DNA of 64,000 nt from the human T2T-CHM13v2.0 reference genome, Homo sapiens: assembly GCF_009914755.1 (NCBI RefSeq), contig NC_060930.1; one strand, given 5' to 3'. Both the position numbers and the translations under genes were made by a program. Of the stretch, positions 1 through 13,275 are shown in pieces (the stretch's first letter is position 1; each line of letters begins with the position of its first letter). The notes below the pieces were generated by a model. The model was given only the letters and a program-made list of their open reading frames with translations, did no database searches and had not been told where the DNA came from.

Positions 1-2919
1 TCGACATGAAAGTCTTTGCCATGTTCTGCCGAAATATTTCTGAAGTCATACCTTGCTGGTGTCTGCAAGCAAGCCTAATCTATTGACTAGACAATCTAGG
101 CAGGATAGTAGTTATTAGTTTACTTTCTTTATGGACATCTTGAGCAACTGCATAGTCTTAATCATAACACTTCATCTGCTAAGTCCTCAGTTTCTTTACC
201 TATGAAAGAACAGGACTACAAATAGGTTGCCTTGTTAACCTATATTATAAGGAATTGCCAGGAAAATAAGAAAGTACAGTGTTCAGTGTTGTTTCCTTTT
301 CATAGATGAAGAAGTTTATTCAGAATTCTGATGCATCATTTGTGATACTCTTCAAAAGAAGCATAAAATGTTGAAATGGCAAGTGAAAGAAATTTCTGGC
401 TAAATTTTCCTGGTATTTGTGCCACTTCTACCACATGCAAGCACTACAATCCAGCTCCTTTGTAGTTCTCAATAGAGAATTTTATGTGACAAACACATTT
501 TTTAAATATCAAGGATATATGGAAAAGTTGGCTATTTATTTTTTCATAATGGCATCTTGTCATTCTCAAGTATGAATGAACTACTAAACAATGACATCAC
601 AATATTTACTATACAGATTGTCCCTTTTCTGCTTGGTAGATAACATAAACACATGGGTAACATTATTACTAATCCCATACCAGTATTTCTTTACCTCAAA
701 AAAATCCCATACTAGTGATAGAAACTAGATCTGGCAAATACTGAGTTAATTTTACTATCACAAAAAGTTCATCTGGATAATTGATGATTTTTCATAATGC
801 TTATTATTTAAATCGCCACTGTAATATTTCCCACCACTATTGGAGGTCAGGAATATTTATTGGCTTATTCTTTTTTAATAGAAATTAGGAAGGATAATGA
901 ATCCAACTCTACTTTGATAGTACAGCCTGTTAGGAAGATTGCTAAATTACCAGGTCAAGGATCTCATAATCAAAGCTGGGAGTTGAAAGGGGCATTAATA
1001 ATTACCTAGACATGGAATTGAAAACTCAAATACCTATCAGAGCCAGATGGATAATGTAAAGTAGCACATTTCAGCTTGTATGTCCACCTAATATGTACAG
1101 TAGCTATATAGCTTTAGACAATGGCTGCCTTTGCAATAATGCAAACTGGGGTTGTCTTTGAAATATTTACTGCATATCTCACTTTGAACAAGACACATTT
1201 CAAATACTCAAAATTGCATATGCAGCACAGACATAGAGGAAAACTATGCTTTCTCCATACATGCTAGATGAAATCCAATACTGACAATATTATCTCCATA
1301 AATGATAACTGTCTTAAGAAAAAATGGCTCACTTTTTTGGGAAAATGGTGACAAGAATGACTTCGGTAGCTCAAAACTGGGCTTTTCCTTCTTTGAAATA
1401 CTGTAAAAGTCAGTAATAGAATTTCTCCTTCCAGTATTTGTGCTCTTTTAGTGAATTATAAGTCAAACATGAACTCACAAAATAGTTTAAGTCACAAATG
1501 TTTTCTTAGAAAGCCACTGTATCTTCTTTCAATCATATGATGGTGGTTATGAGTTACTGTCTAGTCCTTCCCAGGGGGAGTTCATCCTATTTCAGAAGGC
1601 TTTGCTTACCTTATAAATTGTTTTTTAGGAAAATATAGTAAGTAAATTCCAAATGTATACTCACAGAAACAGTTAAACTTTGTATTCTTATCTACATCTT
1701 AAAAGATCCATCTTCTTCCTGAGAATTAGCACATTTGCAGTAATTTGTGCTTACATGTTACAAACCTGGATTGCTACTCTCCTAATACAAAGTGAACAAG
1801 ACTGCTACACTTAATAAATATTTGTTGCAATAAGCAAATAAATAATTGAACTTAGTGTTTTTATATTATTGAAATTACTTTTTCTCATATCTGCAGACTC
1901 AAATGTATTCTCATTCTGATAACATGGGGGAAAGGAGCAAATGCACATATTCCTTTTCTACTTCTTTGCCTTATTTTGGACAATCCACTTGCAAATGAAA
2001 TGTTAGTCTTGAAAATATTGGTATTTTACATTTTAGTGCAGCAATTGTGAGGTGTGAGCTGTCTGTGTGTGTTCGTGCACGTGCCTTTGGGTGTGTGTTA
2101 TTTTTGTGTCTTCACACTCCTTAGGTTTGTTGAAGCCAGAATTAAAGGAAAGAGGCATGTGAAAAAGAAAGGGAGGTATTGAGGAAATGGGATGTGAAGT
2201 CCTGTGTTAACAATGAGGACTACAGGCTTTTTTTGTGACTTGAGATAGAAAGAGTAATTTCATCAAGAGCGCAACATAGACCTTCAGGAGTGCTTATCAA
2301 GGCTCTTCAGAGAGGAAGTGGCCATTTTTTGTCTTTGCAAAACAAACAAACAGTGCTTGTTTTTGCAGCCCTGACCTAAGATCTCTCCCACTGTATCTCT
2401 CTGTTTTTCAAACCTCCTCCCTAGATCCAGTAGCAGGTGTGAGGGAACAGAAAACAAAATGTCTAAACTAAGGAGTCCCTGTCCCATTTAAGAAGCTCTG
2501 CTACCCTTTGAGTTCTTGGAGAGGCACTGGCTGAGGTCAGCAACGTCATCCTATGAAGCGACAATGGCCAACTGGCAGACAAGCCCCAAAGTCGTGGAGA
2601 ATATAAAGAGTGAAACATATTTTTAGTCATTTTTGTTGAAGCTTAATATTTTGCATTTGTTTATATAGATTAAATCCTGTCAAATAAAAGTTTCCATCTG
2701 GATAAAAGGAAACCAAAAAATAGAAGTGCAAGTTCTATAACTGGAATATTTGAAGCTGGGAGAAAAGATAATCCCCCACCTGTTTGGGGGCAGGGATTTT
2801 GCAATCAGGAGTCTATACATTTTTCAAACCCTGAGGCCTGTGAGAAACAACTTCTTCCTTAGGCTGTACAGTTTCATCTCTTCTCTTTGAATCACTCAAC
2901 CCCAGCAAAGAAAAGCTGC

Positions 2920-3295
2920 AAACCAAATTTAGGCATTACACAATCTAAATGCACAAGCTGGGCCCGCAAGTACATAATTAGGTGCATTCTGTATGTCCAT
3001 ATAAGGTGCCTGAGTCTGCTTTATTTTAATGTGGTGATTCTTGTTCAGTTTATAAGACCTTTTGAGAATTGAGTCATTTGAGTTGTAGCCTTGTATAGAG
3101 TTGCAGGCAGCATGTGTTTGCCGCTATGGGAATGGCAAGTATGAAGGAAAGGGAAAAGGCCTGTGCAATACAAATCTATGATTACAAATAAACTCATTTT
3201 TTAAATGACAATTCATTTGAGAGGGCCTACTAAATACTGACATATCTCCTTAAATACAAAATAAATCATATTACCTTCATTACAGGAATGATCAC
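2920..3295. promoter_or_regulatory. Candidate enhancer: SRF CArG box with TEAD and AP-1 motifs
   Basis: Perfect CArG CCATATAAGG at 2997-3006; CATTCT at 2985-2990; TGAGTCA at 3070-3076; GGAATG at 3129-3134 and 3285-3290; no recognisable repeat here. Motif evidence only. Confidence 0.3.
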
Positions 3296-3369
3296 ACCAA
3301 CACAGTCTCCTAAAGAATGATGACAGAATCTTCCTCTGTCCTCCCTCAGTCTCTGACCCTGATGCACAA

Positions 3370-3482
3370 TGCATGCACATACACAACACACACATTCATA
3401 TTATCACAAATGTACACACACAGCACAGGCAATCACATACACAAACACATACACACGTTATATAAACACACAGAAACATACG
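3370..3482. repeat. Degenerate (CA)n-rich low-complexity tract
   Basis: Imperfect CA/CACATA repeats visible directly. Confidence 0.7.
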
Positions 3483-3594
3483 CTGTCTTATATGAGCATT
3501 TGGCCCTGTTTTTTCTAATAGTTGTTTCTTTTTCAGGAAAACAGCCTCATCATTTTCTACACTTATTAGGCAATTTACTCATCTTTCTAAGACT

Positions 3595-3725
3595 AAATTC
3601 CCATGTAAAATAAGAATAACAATCATAATCCTATATAGCACTATTATGAGAATTCAATAAAGTAAAGCAAACAAATAACTTGGAAAAGTCCTCGGTATAT
3701 GATAAGGAATCAGTAATGCTGGAAA
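3595..3725 (+). mobile_element. MIR SINE fragment (3' half)
   Basis: tgtaaaataagaataacaatc...tattatgagaattcaataa resembles the MIR core/3' region; boundaries approximate. Confidence 0.5.
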
Positions 3726-4403
3726 TAGTTAATATATATTTTTTACCCTGAAACGATGGTTGTCCTTCTGAAACACTTCTATTTCATTTCTGAGAAGCAA
3801 CGGAGGAATAATATCCTGAACACAAGGTACAACTTAGCCTGGTAATTACTGCATGGATTTTACTTTTGTATTATACATTTATAGAAAATTCTTCAGAAAT
3901 CTTTCCTATCTCTATAGTTGATGTGATAATCTGGTCTTAATTCTGTTTCCAGTTAAAAAAGCCATGGGTGGACTGGTAGTGAGTTGTCCTCTGATAAATA
4001 TACATGCATACCTCAGAGATATTGTGTTTGGCTCAGAACCACTGCAATAAAATGAATATTGCCATAAAGCTAGTCACACATGTTTTTTGGCTTCCTAATG
4101 CATATAAAAGTTATGTTTAAACTATACTGTGCAATAGCATTATGTCTTTAAAAAGTACATACCTTAATTTAAAAATATCTTATTGATAAAAAATGTTAAT
4201 GACCATCTGAGACTTCAGCAAGTCCTAATCTTTTTGTTGCTGGAAGGTCTTATCTCTGCGTTGATGGTTGCTCACTGACAAGGAGGTGATTGTGGCAACT
4301 TTTAAAAGTAAGACTACAATGAAGTTTGCTGCATTAATTGACTCTTCCTTGCACAAAAGAGTTCTCTGTGGAATATGATGCTGTTTGTCAGTATTTTACC
4401 CAC

Positions 4404-4836
4404 TTCTATAGTTTGGATGTTTGTCTCCTCTTAATTGCGTGTTGAAATGTGATCCCCAGTGTTGGAGATGGGGTCTGGTGGGAGGTGTTTGGGTCATGGG
4501 GGCAGATCCCTCATGAATGGCTTGATGCCATCCTCACAGTAATGAGTGAGTTCTTGCTCTATTAGTTCATATGAGAGCTGATTATCTAAAATAACCTGGC
4601 ATCTCTCTCTTGTTCCCCCTTTCACCATGTGGCATGTGTGCTCCCTGTTTGCCTTCCACCATGAGTAAAATCTTCCTGAGGCTTCACCAGAAGTAGTGTA
4701 GATGCTTATACAGCCTGCCTGAGCCATGAGCCATGCTTATACAGCCTACAGAACCATGAGCCAAATAAATGTATTTTCTTTATGAATTACCCAGCCTCAG
4801 GTATTCCTTTATAGCAACATGAAACTGACTAATACA
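4404..4836 (+). mobile_element. MSTB-like MaLR solo LTR inserted in Tigger1
   Basis: Starts ttctatagtttggatgtttgtc and ends actgactaataca; typical gtcatgggggcagatccctcatgaatgg core. Contains a ~31-bp tandem duplication at 4702-4762. Confidence 0.88.
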
Positions 4837-5326
4837 CTGACGCTAGAACTTCTTTCAAAATTGAAATAAATCCTCTCAAACTCTGTCACTGCTTTATCAA
4901 GGAAGTTATGTAATACCCTAAATCTTTTGTTTTCCTTTTAACAATGCTCATACCATCCTTGCCAGGAGTATATTCCATTTCAAGAAACCACTCTCTTTGC
5001 TTAATAAGAATTGAGCAACTCCTCATCTGTTCAAGTTTGATCATGGGATTGCTGCAATTCAGTTACATCTTCAAGCTCCATTTTTAATCTCACTTTTCTT
5101 ACTATTTACAGCTATCTGCAGTTACTTCTTCCATTGAAGCTTGAACCACTCAAAGCTATTTATTAGTGCTGGAATCAACTTCTTTTAAATTCCTATTATT
5201 GTAGACTTTTCTACTTCCTTTCATGAATCATGAATATTCTTAATGGATTTAGAATGGTGAATCCTTTCCAGAAAATTTTCAGTTTACTTTGCCCAAATCC
5301 ATCAGAGAAATCACTCTCTATGGCAG

Positions 5327-5731
5327 CTACAGCTTTAAAAAAAATGTATTTCTTAAAAAATAAGACTTAAAAGTCAAAATTAGTCTTTGATCCATGGACT
5401 GTGAAATGAATGTTGTGTTAGCAAATATGAAAACAATGTTGATCTCCTTGTGAATATTTATCACAGCTCTTGGGTGACCAGGTACATTGTCCATGAGCAA
5501 TACTATTTTAAAAGGAATCTTTTTTCCTGAGTAGTAGGTCTCAACGGTGGGCTTAAAGTATTCAGTAAACCATATTTCAAACAGATGTGCTATCATCCAG
5601 GCTTTGTTGTTCTGTTTATAGAGTACAGACAGAGCAAATATAGCATAATTCTTAAGGGACTTAGGATTTTCAAAATGGTAAATGAGCATTGACTTCAACT
5701 CAAAGTTACCAACTGCATGACCCACTAACAA
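5327..5731 (-). pseudogene. Decayed Tigger1 DDE transposase fragment
   Basis: Translation contains NNKAWM...FKPTVETY...[16 protein letters not shown]...[11 protein letters not shown], matching pogo/Tigger DDE_1 motifs (DN-x-x-x-H, QPMDQ). The rest of the ORF is disrupted. Confidence 0.85.
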
Positions 5732-6748
5732 GAGAGTCAGCCTGTCCTTTGAAGCTTTGAAGCAGACATTGACATCTCCTCTCTAGCTATGAAAGTCTTA
5801 GATGGCATCTTCTTCCAATAGAAGACTGTTTTGTCTACATTGAAAATTTGGTGTTTCATGTAGCTATCTTCATTGATGTTCTTAGCTATATCTTCTGGAT
5901 AACTTGCTGCAGTTTCTACATCAGCACTTGTTCTTCTTGCATTTTTATGTTATGGAGATGGTGTGTTTCCTTAAACCTCATGATCTGACTGCTGTCAGTT
6001 TTCAACATTGTTTCTTCAACTTCCTTATCTCATAAAATTAGAGAAAGTTAGGTCCTTGTTTTGAATTATGCTTTGGCTTATAGGAATGTTGTAGCTGGTT
6101 TGATCTTCTATCCCGACCACTAAAACTTTCTCCATATCAGCAACAAGAATATTTTGCTTTCATAATCATTTATGTGTTCACTGGAATTGAAGTTTTAATT
6201 TTCTTTAAGAACTTTTCTTTGCACTCACAACTTTGCTGACTATTTGCAGCAAGAGACCTAGCTTCCAGCCTATCTTTTCTTTTGACATAGCTTCCTCACT
6301 AAGCTTAAACATTTATTTATAGCTTTTAATTTGAAGTGAGAGATGTATAACTCTTCCTTTCACTTGAATACTTAGAGGCCATTGTAGTGTTATTAATTGG
6401 CCTAATTTTAATAATACTGTGTTTCAAGAACAGGGATGCCTGGGCAGAAGGAGAGAGAAGGTGGAACACCCGGTCATTGAAGCAGACAGAACACAAGCAA
6501 AATTACTAAATTCACTGTCTTATATGGGCATGACTTGTGGTGCCCCAAAACAATTACAATAGTAATATAAAAGATCACTGATCACAGATCACCATAACAG
6601 ATATAATAAAATGGAGAAATTTTGAAATATTGCAAGATTACCAAAATGTGACACAGAGACCCAGGGTGAGAACATGCTATTAGAAAAAATGGTGTCAATA
6701 GACTTGCTCAATGCAGGGTTGTTGCATACCTACAATTCATTAAAAATA

Positions 6749-7878
6749 CAAAAACCCTGGAAGACAGCCTAGGCAATGCCATTCAGGGCATAGGCATGGG
6801 CAAGGATTTCATGATGAAGATGCCAAAAGCAATTTCGACAAAAGCAAAATTTAACAAATGAGATATAATTAAACTAAAGAGCAAAAGAAATTATCAACAG
6901 AGTAAATAGACAACCTGCAGAATGATAGAAAATTTTTGCAAACTGTGCCTTCGACAACGGTCTAATATTCAGCATCTATAAGGAACTTAAACAAATTTAC
7001 AAGAAAAAAAAAACAACCCTATAAAAAGTGGGCAAAGAACATAAACAGACACTTTTCAAAAGAAGACATACATGTGGCCAATGATCAGTCATATGAATAA
7101 AAGTTCAATATCACTGATCATTAGAGAAATGCAAATCAAAACCACAATGAGATACCATCTCACACCAGTCAGAATTGTTACTACTAAAAAGACAAAAAAT
7201 AACAGAGGCTGATGAGGTTGTGGAGAAAAAGGAATGCTTATACACTGTTGGTGGGAGTTTAAATTAGTTCAACCATTGTGGAAGACAGTGTGGTGATTCC
7301 TCAAAAATCTAGAAGCAGATTAAATATAGCATAATTCTTAAGGGATCTAGGATATACCCATTACTGGATGTATACCCAAAGGAATATAAATCATTCTATT
7401 ATAAAGACACATGCATGTGCATGTTTGTTGCAGCACTAGTCACAATAGCAAAGACATGGAATCAACCTAAATGTCTATCAATGATAGACTGAATCAAGAA
7501 AATGTGGTACATATACACCATTGAATACTATGCAGCCACAAAAAAGAATGAGATCATGTCCTTTGCAGGGACATGGATGGAGTTAGAAGTCATTATCTTT
7601 AGCAAACTAACACCAGGACATAAAACCAAATACCACTTGTTCTCACTTATAAGTGGGAGCTAAATGATGAGAATTCATGGACACATAATGGGAAACAACA
7701 GATATTAGGGCCTACTGGAGGTTGAGGGGGTGGGAAGAAGAAGAAGATCAGGAAAAATAACTAATGGGTACCAGGCTTAATACCTGGGTGATGAAATAAT
7801 CTATACAACAAACCCCCATGACACAAGTTTACCTATGTAACAAACCTGCACTTGTAACCTTGATCTTAAAATAAAAAT
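6749..7878 (+). mobile_element. 5'-truncated L1PA (L1PA11-13-like): ORF2 end and 3'UTR, inserted in Tigger1
   Basis: aaaaccctggaagacagcctaggcaat...; 3'UTR ggaaaaataactaatgggtaccaggcttaatacctgggtgatgaaataatc...; A-rich tail; degenerate aaaaata TSD. Confidence 0.9.
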
Positions 7879-8903
7879 AATATATCTGTGAAGTGCAATA
7901 AGACAACGTGAATAAAACAAGGTATACTTATATAATAAAGATAAATATATAAATATATTTTATATATATAATAAATAATCATATAACAAGAACGTTTATC
8001 AGTATGGTTATATAAGGCTCTGTGCAGATATTCAGGGACACTGCAGATGAAAATGTCAATATGCTATCATATGTGCTAAGTTTATGCCAAAAAAAAGAAT
8101 GAAACACAAAGAAGTACTTAAGCAGCTATGTTAAAGTAATAATTTGCCAAGCACACAAAAATGTATTTTTAGAGTTGCTTTTATTTACAGTCATGCTCCT
8201 TTGTAATATTGTCAAACATCAAGTAGGTACTGAATAGACTGATTGGCTCAAAAGACTCTCTGCTTTGTAATTTTTCACTTCTAAGACTCTGGCTTTCCAC
8301 CATGTGATTTTCTTCAGGCTGGTTCAACTAGCCTGCATGTCAGATTCAGTAAAAATAATTATCCATACTGCAGGCTACTTAATAAACAGCCAACAAAAGA
8401 CAGCGGTTAGCCCTTAGAAGGTTAGTCCATTAGTAAGAGTGCTTGTGATTACCAAAAATGCCCCTTATCATATGGAGTCTATTCCTAACAAATTAAGAAA
8501 AATCCCTATCTAGTATTTTCCATGGAGTATAATGGCTATAATTTAAAGAAAAGAAATAGTGAGAGCCTTTCTTAGACTCAGGCAACATTTTCTTCATTCT
8601 TTGATTTTAATTAATGTGGAGAAGACACATTTGAATGAACTTCCCAGTGGTTTGGTTTGATGCTTTGGGTCTCTGCAGGGCATACTCTTTGGTACTGCTA
8701 TGATTTGAATATGTCTCCTAAAGTGCATGTGTTAAAAACTTAATCTTCAATGCAATATTGTTGGGAGATGAGGCCTAAGGGAAGATATTTATGTCATGAA
8801 GGCTCCACCCTCATGAATAGATTAATGACAATTATAGAAACACTTGAGGCTATGAGTTCAATCTCTTGCTCTGTTTCATACTCTCTTTGCCCTTCTGCCA
8901 TGA

Positions 8904-9270
<367 letters not shown>

Positions 9271-9646
9271 TAAATTACCAGTTTGTAGTATTTTTTATAG
9301 CCACATGAAAGGGACCAAGACAGAAAATTGGTACCAAAAAATAGGACTGTTGCTGAAATAAACACCTGAAAATGTGGAAGCAGCTTTGGAACTGGGCAAT
9401 GGGCAAAGGTTGAAATAATTTAGAGGAGCATGCTAGAAAAGGCCTATCTTGCTATGAATAAAGAATGAAGGACAATTCTGATGAGGACTCAGAGGAAGAA
9501 GAGAGCAGTAGAGAGAACCTAAATCTTCTTGTAGGTTACTTAAATGGTAGTCATCAGAATATTGCTAGAAATATGGACATTCTCATGAGGTCTCAGATAG
9601 AAATGAGAAACAGATATTAGAAACTGGAGTAAAGGCCATCCTTTTT

Positions 9647-9950
9647 TTTTTTTTTTTTTTTTTTTTCTTGAGACAGAATCTCACTCTGTCACCCAGGCTG
9701 GAGTGCAGTGGCGTGATCTCGGCTCACTGCAACCTCCATCTCCTGGGGTGAAGTAATTCTCAGCCTCAGTCTTCTGAGTATCTGGGATCACAGACACCCA
9801 CTACCACACCCAGCTAATTTTTTTGTATTTTTGGTAGAGATGGGGTTTCACTATCTTGGACAGGCTTGTCTTGAACTCCTGATTTCGTGATCCACCCTCC
9901 TTGGCCTCCCAAAGTGCTGGTATTACAGGTGTGAGCCACCACACCCGGCC
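9647..9950 (-). mobile_element. AluS in the MST internal region
   Basis: Antisense Alu with a long T tract; 15-bp TSD aaggcc(a/g)tccttttt at 9632-9646 and 9951-9965. Confidence 0.95.
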
Positions 9951-11205
9951 AAGGCCGTCCTTTTTATACAGTTGCAAAGAACTTTGCACTAGGACTTCGT
10001 AAAAGGCAAAACTTAAGATGATGAACTAGGATATCTGGCAGAAGAAATATCTAAGTGGCAAAGAATTCAAGATGATGCATGACTTATTTTAGCCACTTGC
10101 AGTAAAATGAGAGAAAATAAAATTGGTTTAAAGGCAAAATTTATAATTAAAAGGGAATCAGACAGAAAAATTTGGAAAACTCTGTCTGGTCATATAATGA
10201 ATAAAAAAGCATGTTTGGGAGAGAATATTAAGGGTGTAGCCCAGCATTTGTTTGCAAGAGAGATCAATAAGGATATGAGAAAATCAGGTTCTACTCATCA
10301 GAACAAAGGGAGAATGACTCCAAAGACATTTTGGAAATCTTTGAAGCTGCTCCTGCCATCAGAGGCCCAGAGCTCTAGGGGGGCAGAATGGTTTCGGTAG
10401 ATGGAACCAGAGCACAGTCTAGAAGCTCACTACTCAGGGCCCCCTCAAGCCTCTGTTCCCCACATTCCTGTGCAGTGTTCCTTGGTCACCTCAGTTGTGG
10501 CTCAAGTGGGCCCAGGTGTGGTTGGGCCATCATTCCAGAAGAAGCAAGCTGTAAGCCTTGGCAATATCCACGTGGTGCTGACTCCACAGATGCACAGAAT
10601 TTGAGAGCTATAGGGCCATGGTGGCCTCCACCTAAATTTCAAAGAATGTCCCAGATAGACTGGGGGACCAAGTGGAGATTTGTCACAAAGGAAGAGCCAT
10701 TGCAGAGAGACATCAACAGGGCAATGCCTGGTGGAGCCAGGAGAGCAAGGCAAATCCTAAGAACTCAGAACTGTAGAGCTACCAGCATGCAACTCCAGCC
10801 TGGGAGGGCCATAACCACTAGACTCTAATCTGTAAGAGTTGCTGGGTAGACAGCCCAGTAAAGCCATAGGGGCAGGGCTGCCCAAGGCCTTGGGAGCCCA
10901 ACGCCTTGGGAGCCCAAACCTGCCCCAGTGTATCCAGGATGTGGAATACAGAGTCAAAAAACTTTATCTTCCAGCTTTAAGACCTAATGTTGTTTTCCCT
11001 GTTGAGTGTTGGACTTATGTGGCAACTGCTACCCCTTTCTTCTTGCTAATTTCTTCCTTGTGGAATGAAATTTCTATTCTATGTCTGTTCCACCATTGTA
11101 TTTTGGAAGTAGATAATTTGTTTAATTTCACAGCCTCACAGCTGGAGGATAATATGCCTCAGGAAGAATCCTGCTTTGACTCTCACCCATATCTGATTTA
11201 GATGA

Positions 11206-11578
11206 TGTATTTGTCTGTTCTCATGCTGCTATAAAGAACTACCTGAGACTGGATAATTTATAAAGGAAAGAGGTTTAAGTGACTCACAGTTCTGAATGGC
11301 TGGGAAGGCCTCAGGAAACTTATAATCATGATGGAAGAGGAAGCAAACACATCCATCTTCACATGGCAGCAGGACAGAGAAGTGCCGAGCAAAGTGGGGA
11401 AAGCTCCTTACAAAATCATCAGATCTTGTGAGAACTTACTCACTATCATGATGACAGGATGGGGGCAACCACCCCCATGATTCAATTACCTCCCACCAGG
11501 TCCCTCCCAGGACATGTAGAGATTATGGAAACTACAATTCAAGATGAAATTTGGGTGGAGACATAGCCAAACCATATT
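11206..11578 (-). mobile_element. THE1C/D solo LTR inserted antisense in the MST internal region
   Basis: tgtatttgtctgttctcatgctgctataaag...gccaaaccatat; TSD gatga at 11201-11205 and 11579-11583. Confidence 0.9.
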
Positions 11579-12069
11579 GATGAGAATCTGGACATTGAAC
11601 TTTTAGTTGGTGCTGGAATGAGTTAATACTTTGGGGGCTATCAGATTGAATGAATTTATTTTGCATGTGAGAAGGACATGAGTTTTGAGGGCCAGAGATG
11701 AAATGCTATGGTTTGACTGTGTCCCCTCAAAAGCATATATTGGAAATTTAATTCCCAATGCAACAGTACTGGAAGGTGGCACTTAATGGGAGGTGTTTCA
11801 ATCATGAGGATTTCACCTTCATGAATATATTAATGCAGATTATAAAAGGATTTGAGGCTGCAAATTTGATCTTTTGCTCTCTCTCACCCTTTTTTTGCCT
11901 TTCTACCATAGGATGGGTGAGATGGCCCTCGCCAGATGTGGCCTCTTGGTTGTGAACTTCCCAGCCTCCAGAAATGTGAGACAGATAAATTTCTGTTCTT
12001 CAAAAATTTCTCAACTTGTGGTATTCTGTTGTAGCAACACAAAACAAACTAAGACAGGTACCATCTGCA

Positions 12070-13275
12070 AACTCCCCTACAAATACTTTTAAATTGCCCA
12101 TGCATTACTAAACTCTGGTAAGCATTGCCAAGGAGAACTCCTGTTTATAATACCTCCTTTTCCTACTCTTTTTTTCCTCAAAACAGCATTCACATTGCTG
12201 CTGGGATGATCTTTTTGTAAACAAAAATATGGCCATATCACTCTGTTAATTAAGATTCCTGATTTATTTCCCGTTATCTACTTGATGGACTCCAACTCCT
12301 GAGCATGGTTCTCTGGAAACCACTGCTATCTCCTCCCATATTCTCACTTCCAAGTATTTTGCCATTGCATGTTTCTATGAGCCTAGAATTCACAACAATT
12401 AGTAGTTCCTGAAGCAACTCATATTTTTATTCTCCCTACTACCAAGACTTGGCCCATCTGTATTAGTTTGGTAGGGCTGCTGTAATAAAATATCACAAAA
12501 TGGGTGGCTTAGGCAAAAGGAATATATTGTCTCACAGCTCTGGAAGCAAGAATTCTGAAATCAAGGTGTCAACAGGGTTGGTTCCTTCTAAAGGCTGTGA
12601 GGAAGAATTTATTTCAGGTTCTCTCCTAGTTCTGGTGGTTTGCCAGCTATCTTTGGTATTCATTGGTTTGTAAATGCATCACTCTGATCTCTGTGTTGAT
12701 GTTCACATGACATTCTCCCTGTATGCCACTCTGTCTCCAAATGTGCCTTTTTTTATAAGGACACAAGTCATATTGGATTATGGCCTACCCTAATGATTTC
12801 ATTTTAACATGGTAAAGCACCTATCCCCAAATAAGTTTATAAAGTACTGGGGGTCAGGTTTTAACCCAATAATTTGGTAAGGAACTATTGAACCTATAAC
12901 ACCAGCCCTCTTCTTGGATTTTTCAGATCCCACTCCCACCCCTTTACCTCCTCCTTATTTGGTGAGTTATTATTTACTGTCAAAACCTGTTGAGTAAGGT
13001 CCTCCTTTGGAAGCCTGCCCCAACTCTGTCACCCTTCACCTATCTCTTGTGATATGTACTTGCATTTATTCCATGGATTGATAATTTCCAATTTTATACC
13101 TATGCATATGATTATTATGCATACATATTATTATTATATTACACAAATATTATTATAAAATCCATCTTTTGCATTAGAAAGGTCTGTGGGTCCAGAGTTT
13201 TCTTATTATTCATATTCTTAGCACCTCACATTGTGCCTAGCACATCGTAAGAGTTCAATATATGTTTGGAATGTT
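12070..13275 (+). mobile_element. L2 LINE 3' region, split by an MLT1
   Basis: cacattgctgctgggatgatcttttt...; L2 tail agcacctcacattgtgcctagcacatcgtaagagttcaata at about 13220-13262. Confidence 0.6.
12459..12901 (-). mobile_element. MLT1C-like MaLR solo LTR
   Basis: tgtattagtttggtagggctgc...aacctataaca; near-TSD ccatc/ccagc. Confidence 0.85.

Larger units (their letters stand above)
4003..7930 (-). mobile_element. Full-length Tigger1 (TcMar/pogo) DNA transposon, interrupted by an MST LTR and an L1PA
   Basis: Both ends match the Tigger1 TIR (catgcatacctcagagatattg at 4003; ...aataaaacaaggtatactta ending at 7930), each flanked by TA (4001-4002, 7931-7932). The internal minus-strand ORF remnant is TIGD1-like. 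Confidence 0.92.

Noticed and set aside
2535-2612. CRE half-site (acgtca) with a downstream TATAAA as a promoter
   Set aside because: Short motifs expected by chance in AT-rich DNA; no CpG island or downstream exon support.
10887-10917. 16-bp tandem duplication gccttgggagcccaa in the MST internal region (and similar at 13905-13925, 14163-14204)
   Set aside because: Ordinary replication-slippage duplications.
10107-11201. Cluster of overlapping ORFs up to 146 aa
   Set aside because: Decayed MaLR internal region with higher GC content; frames are broken and no intact retroviral protein is present.
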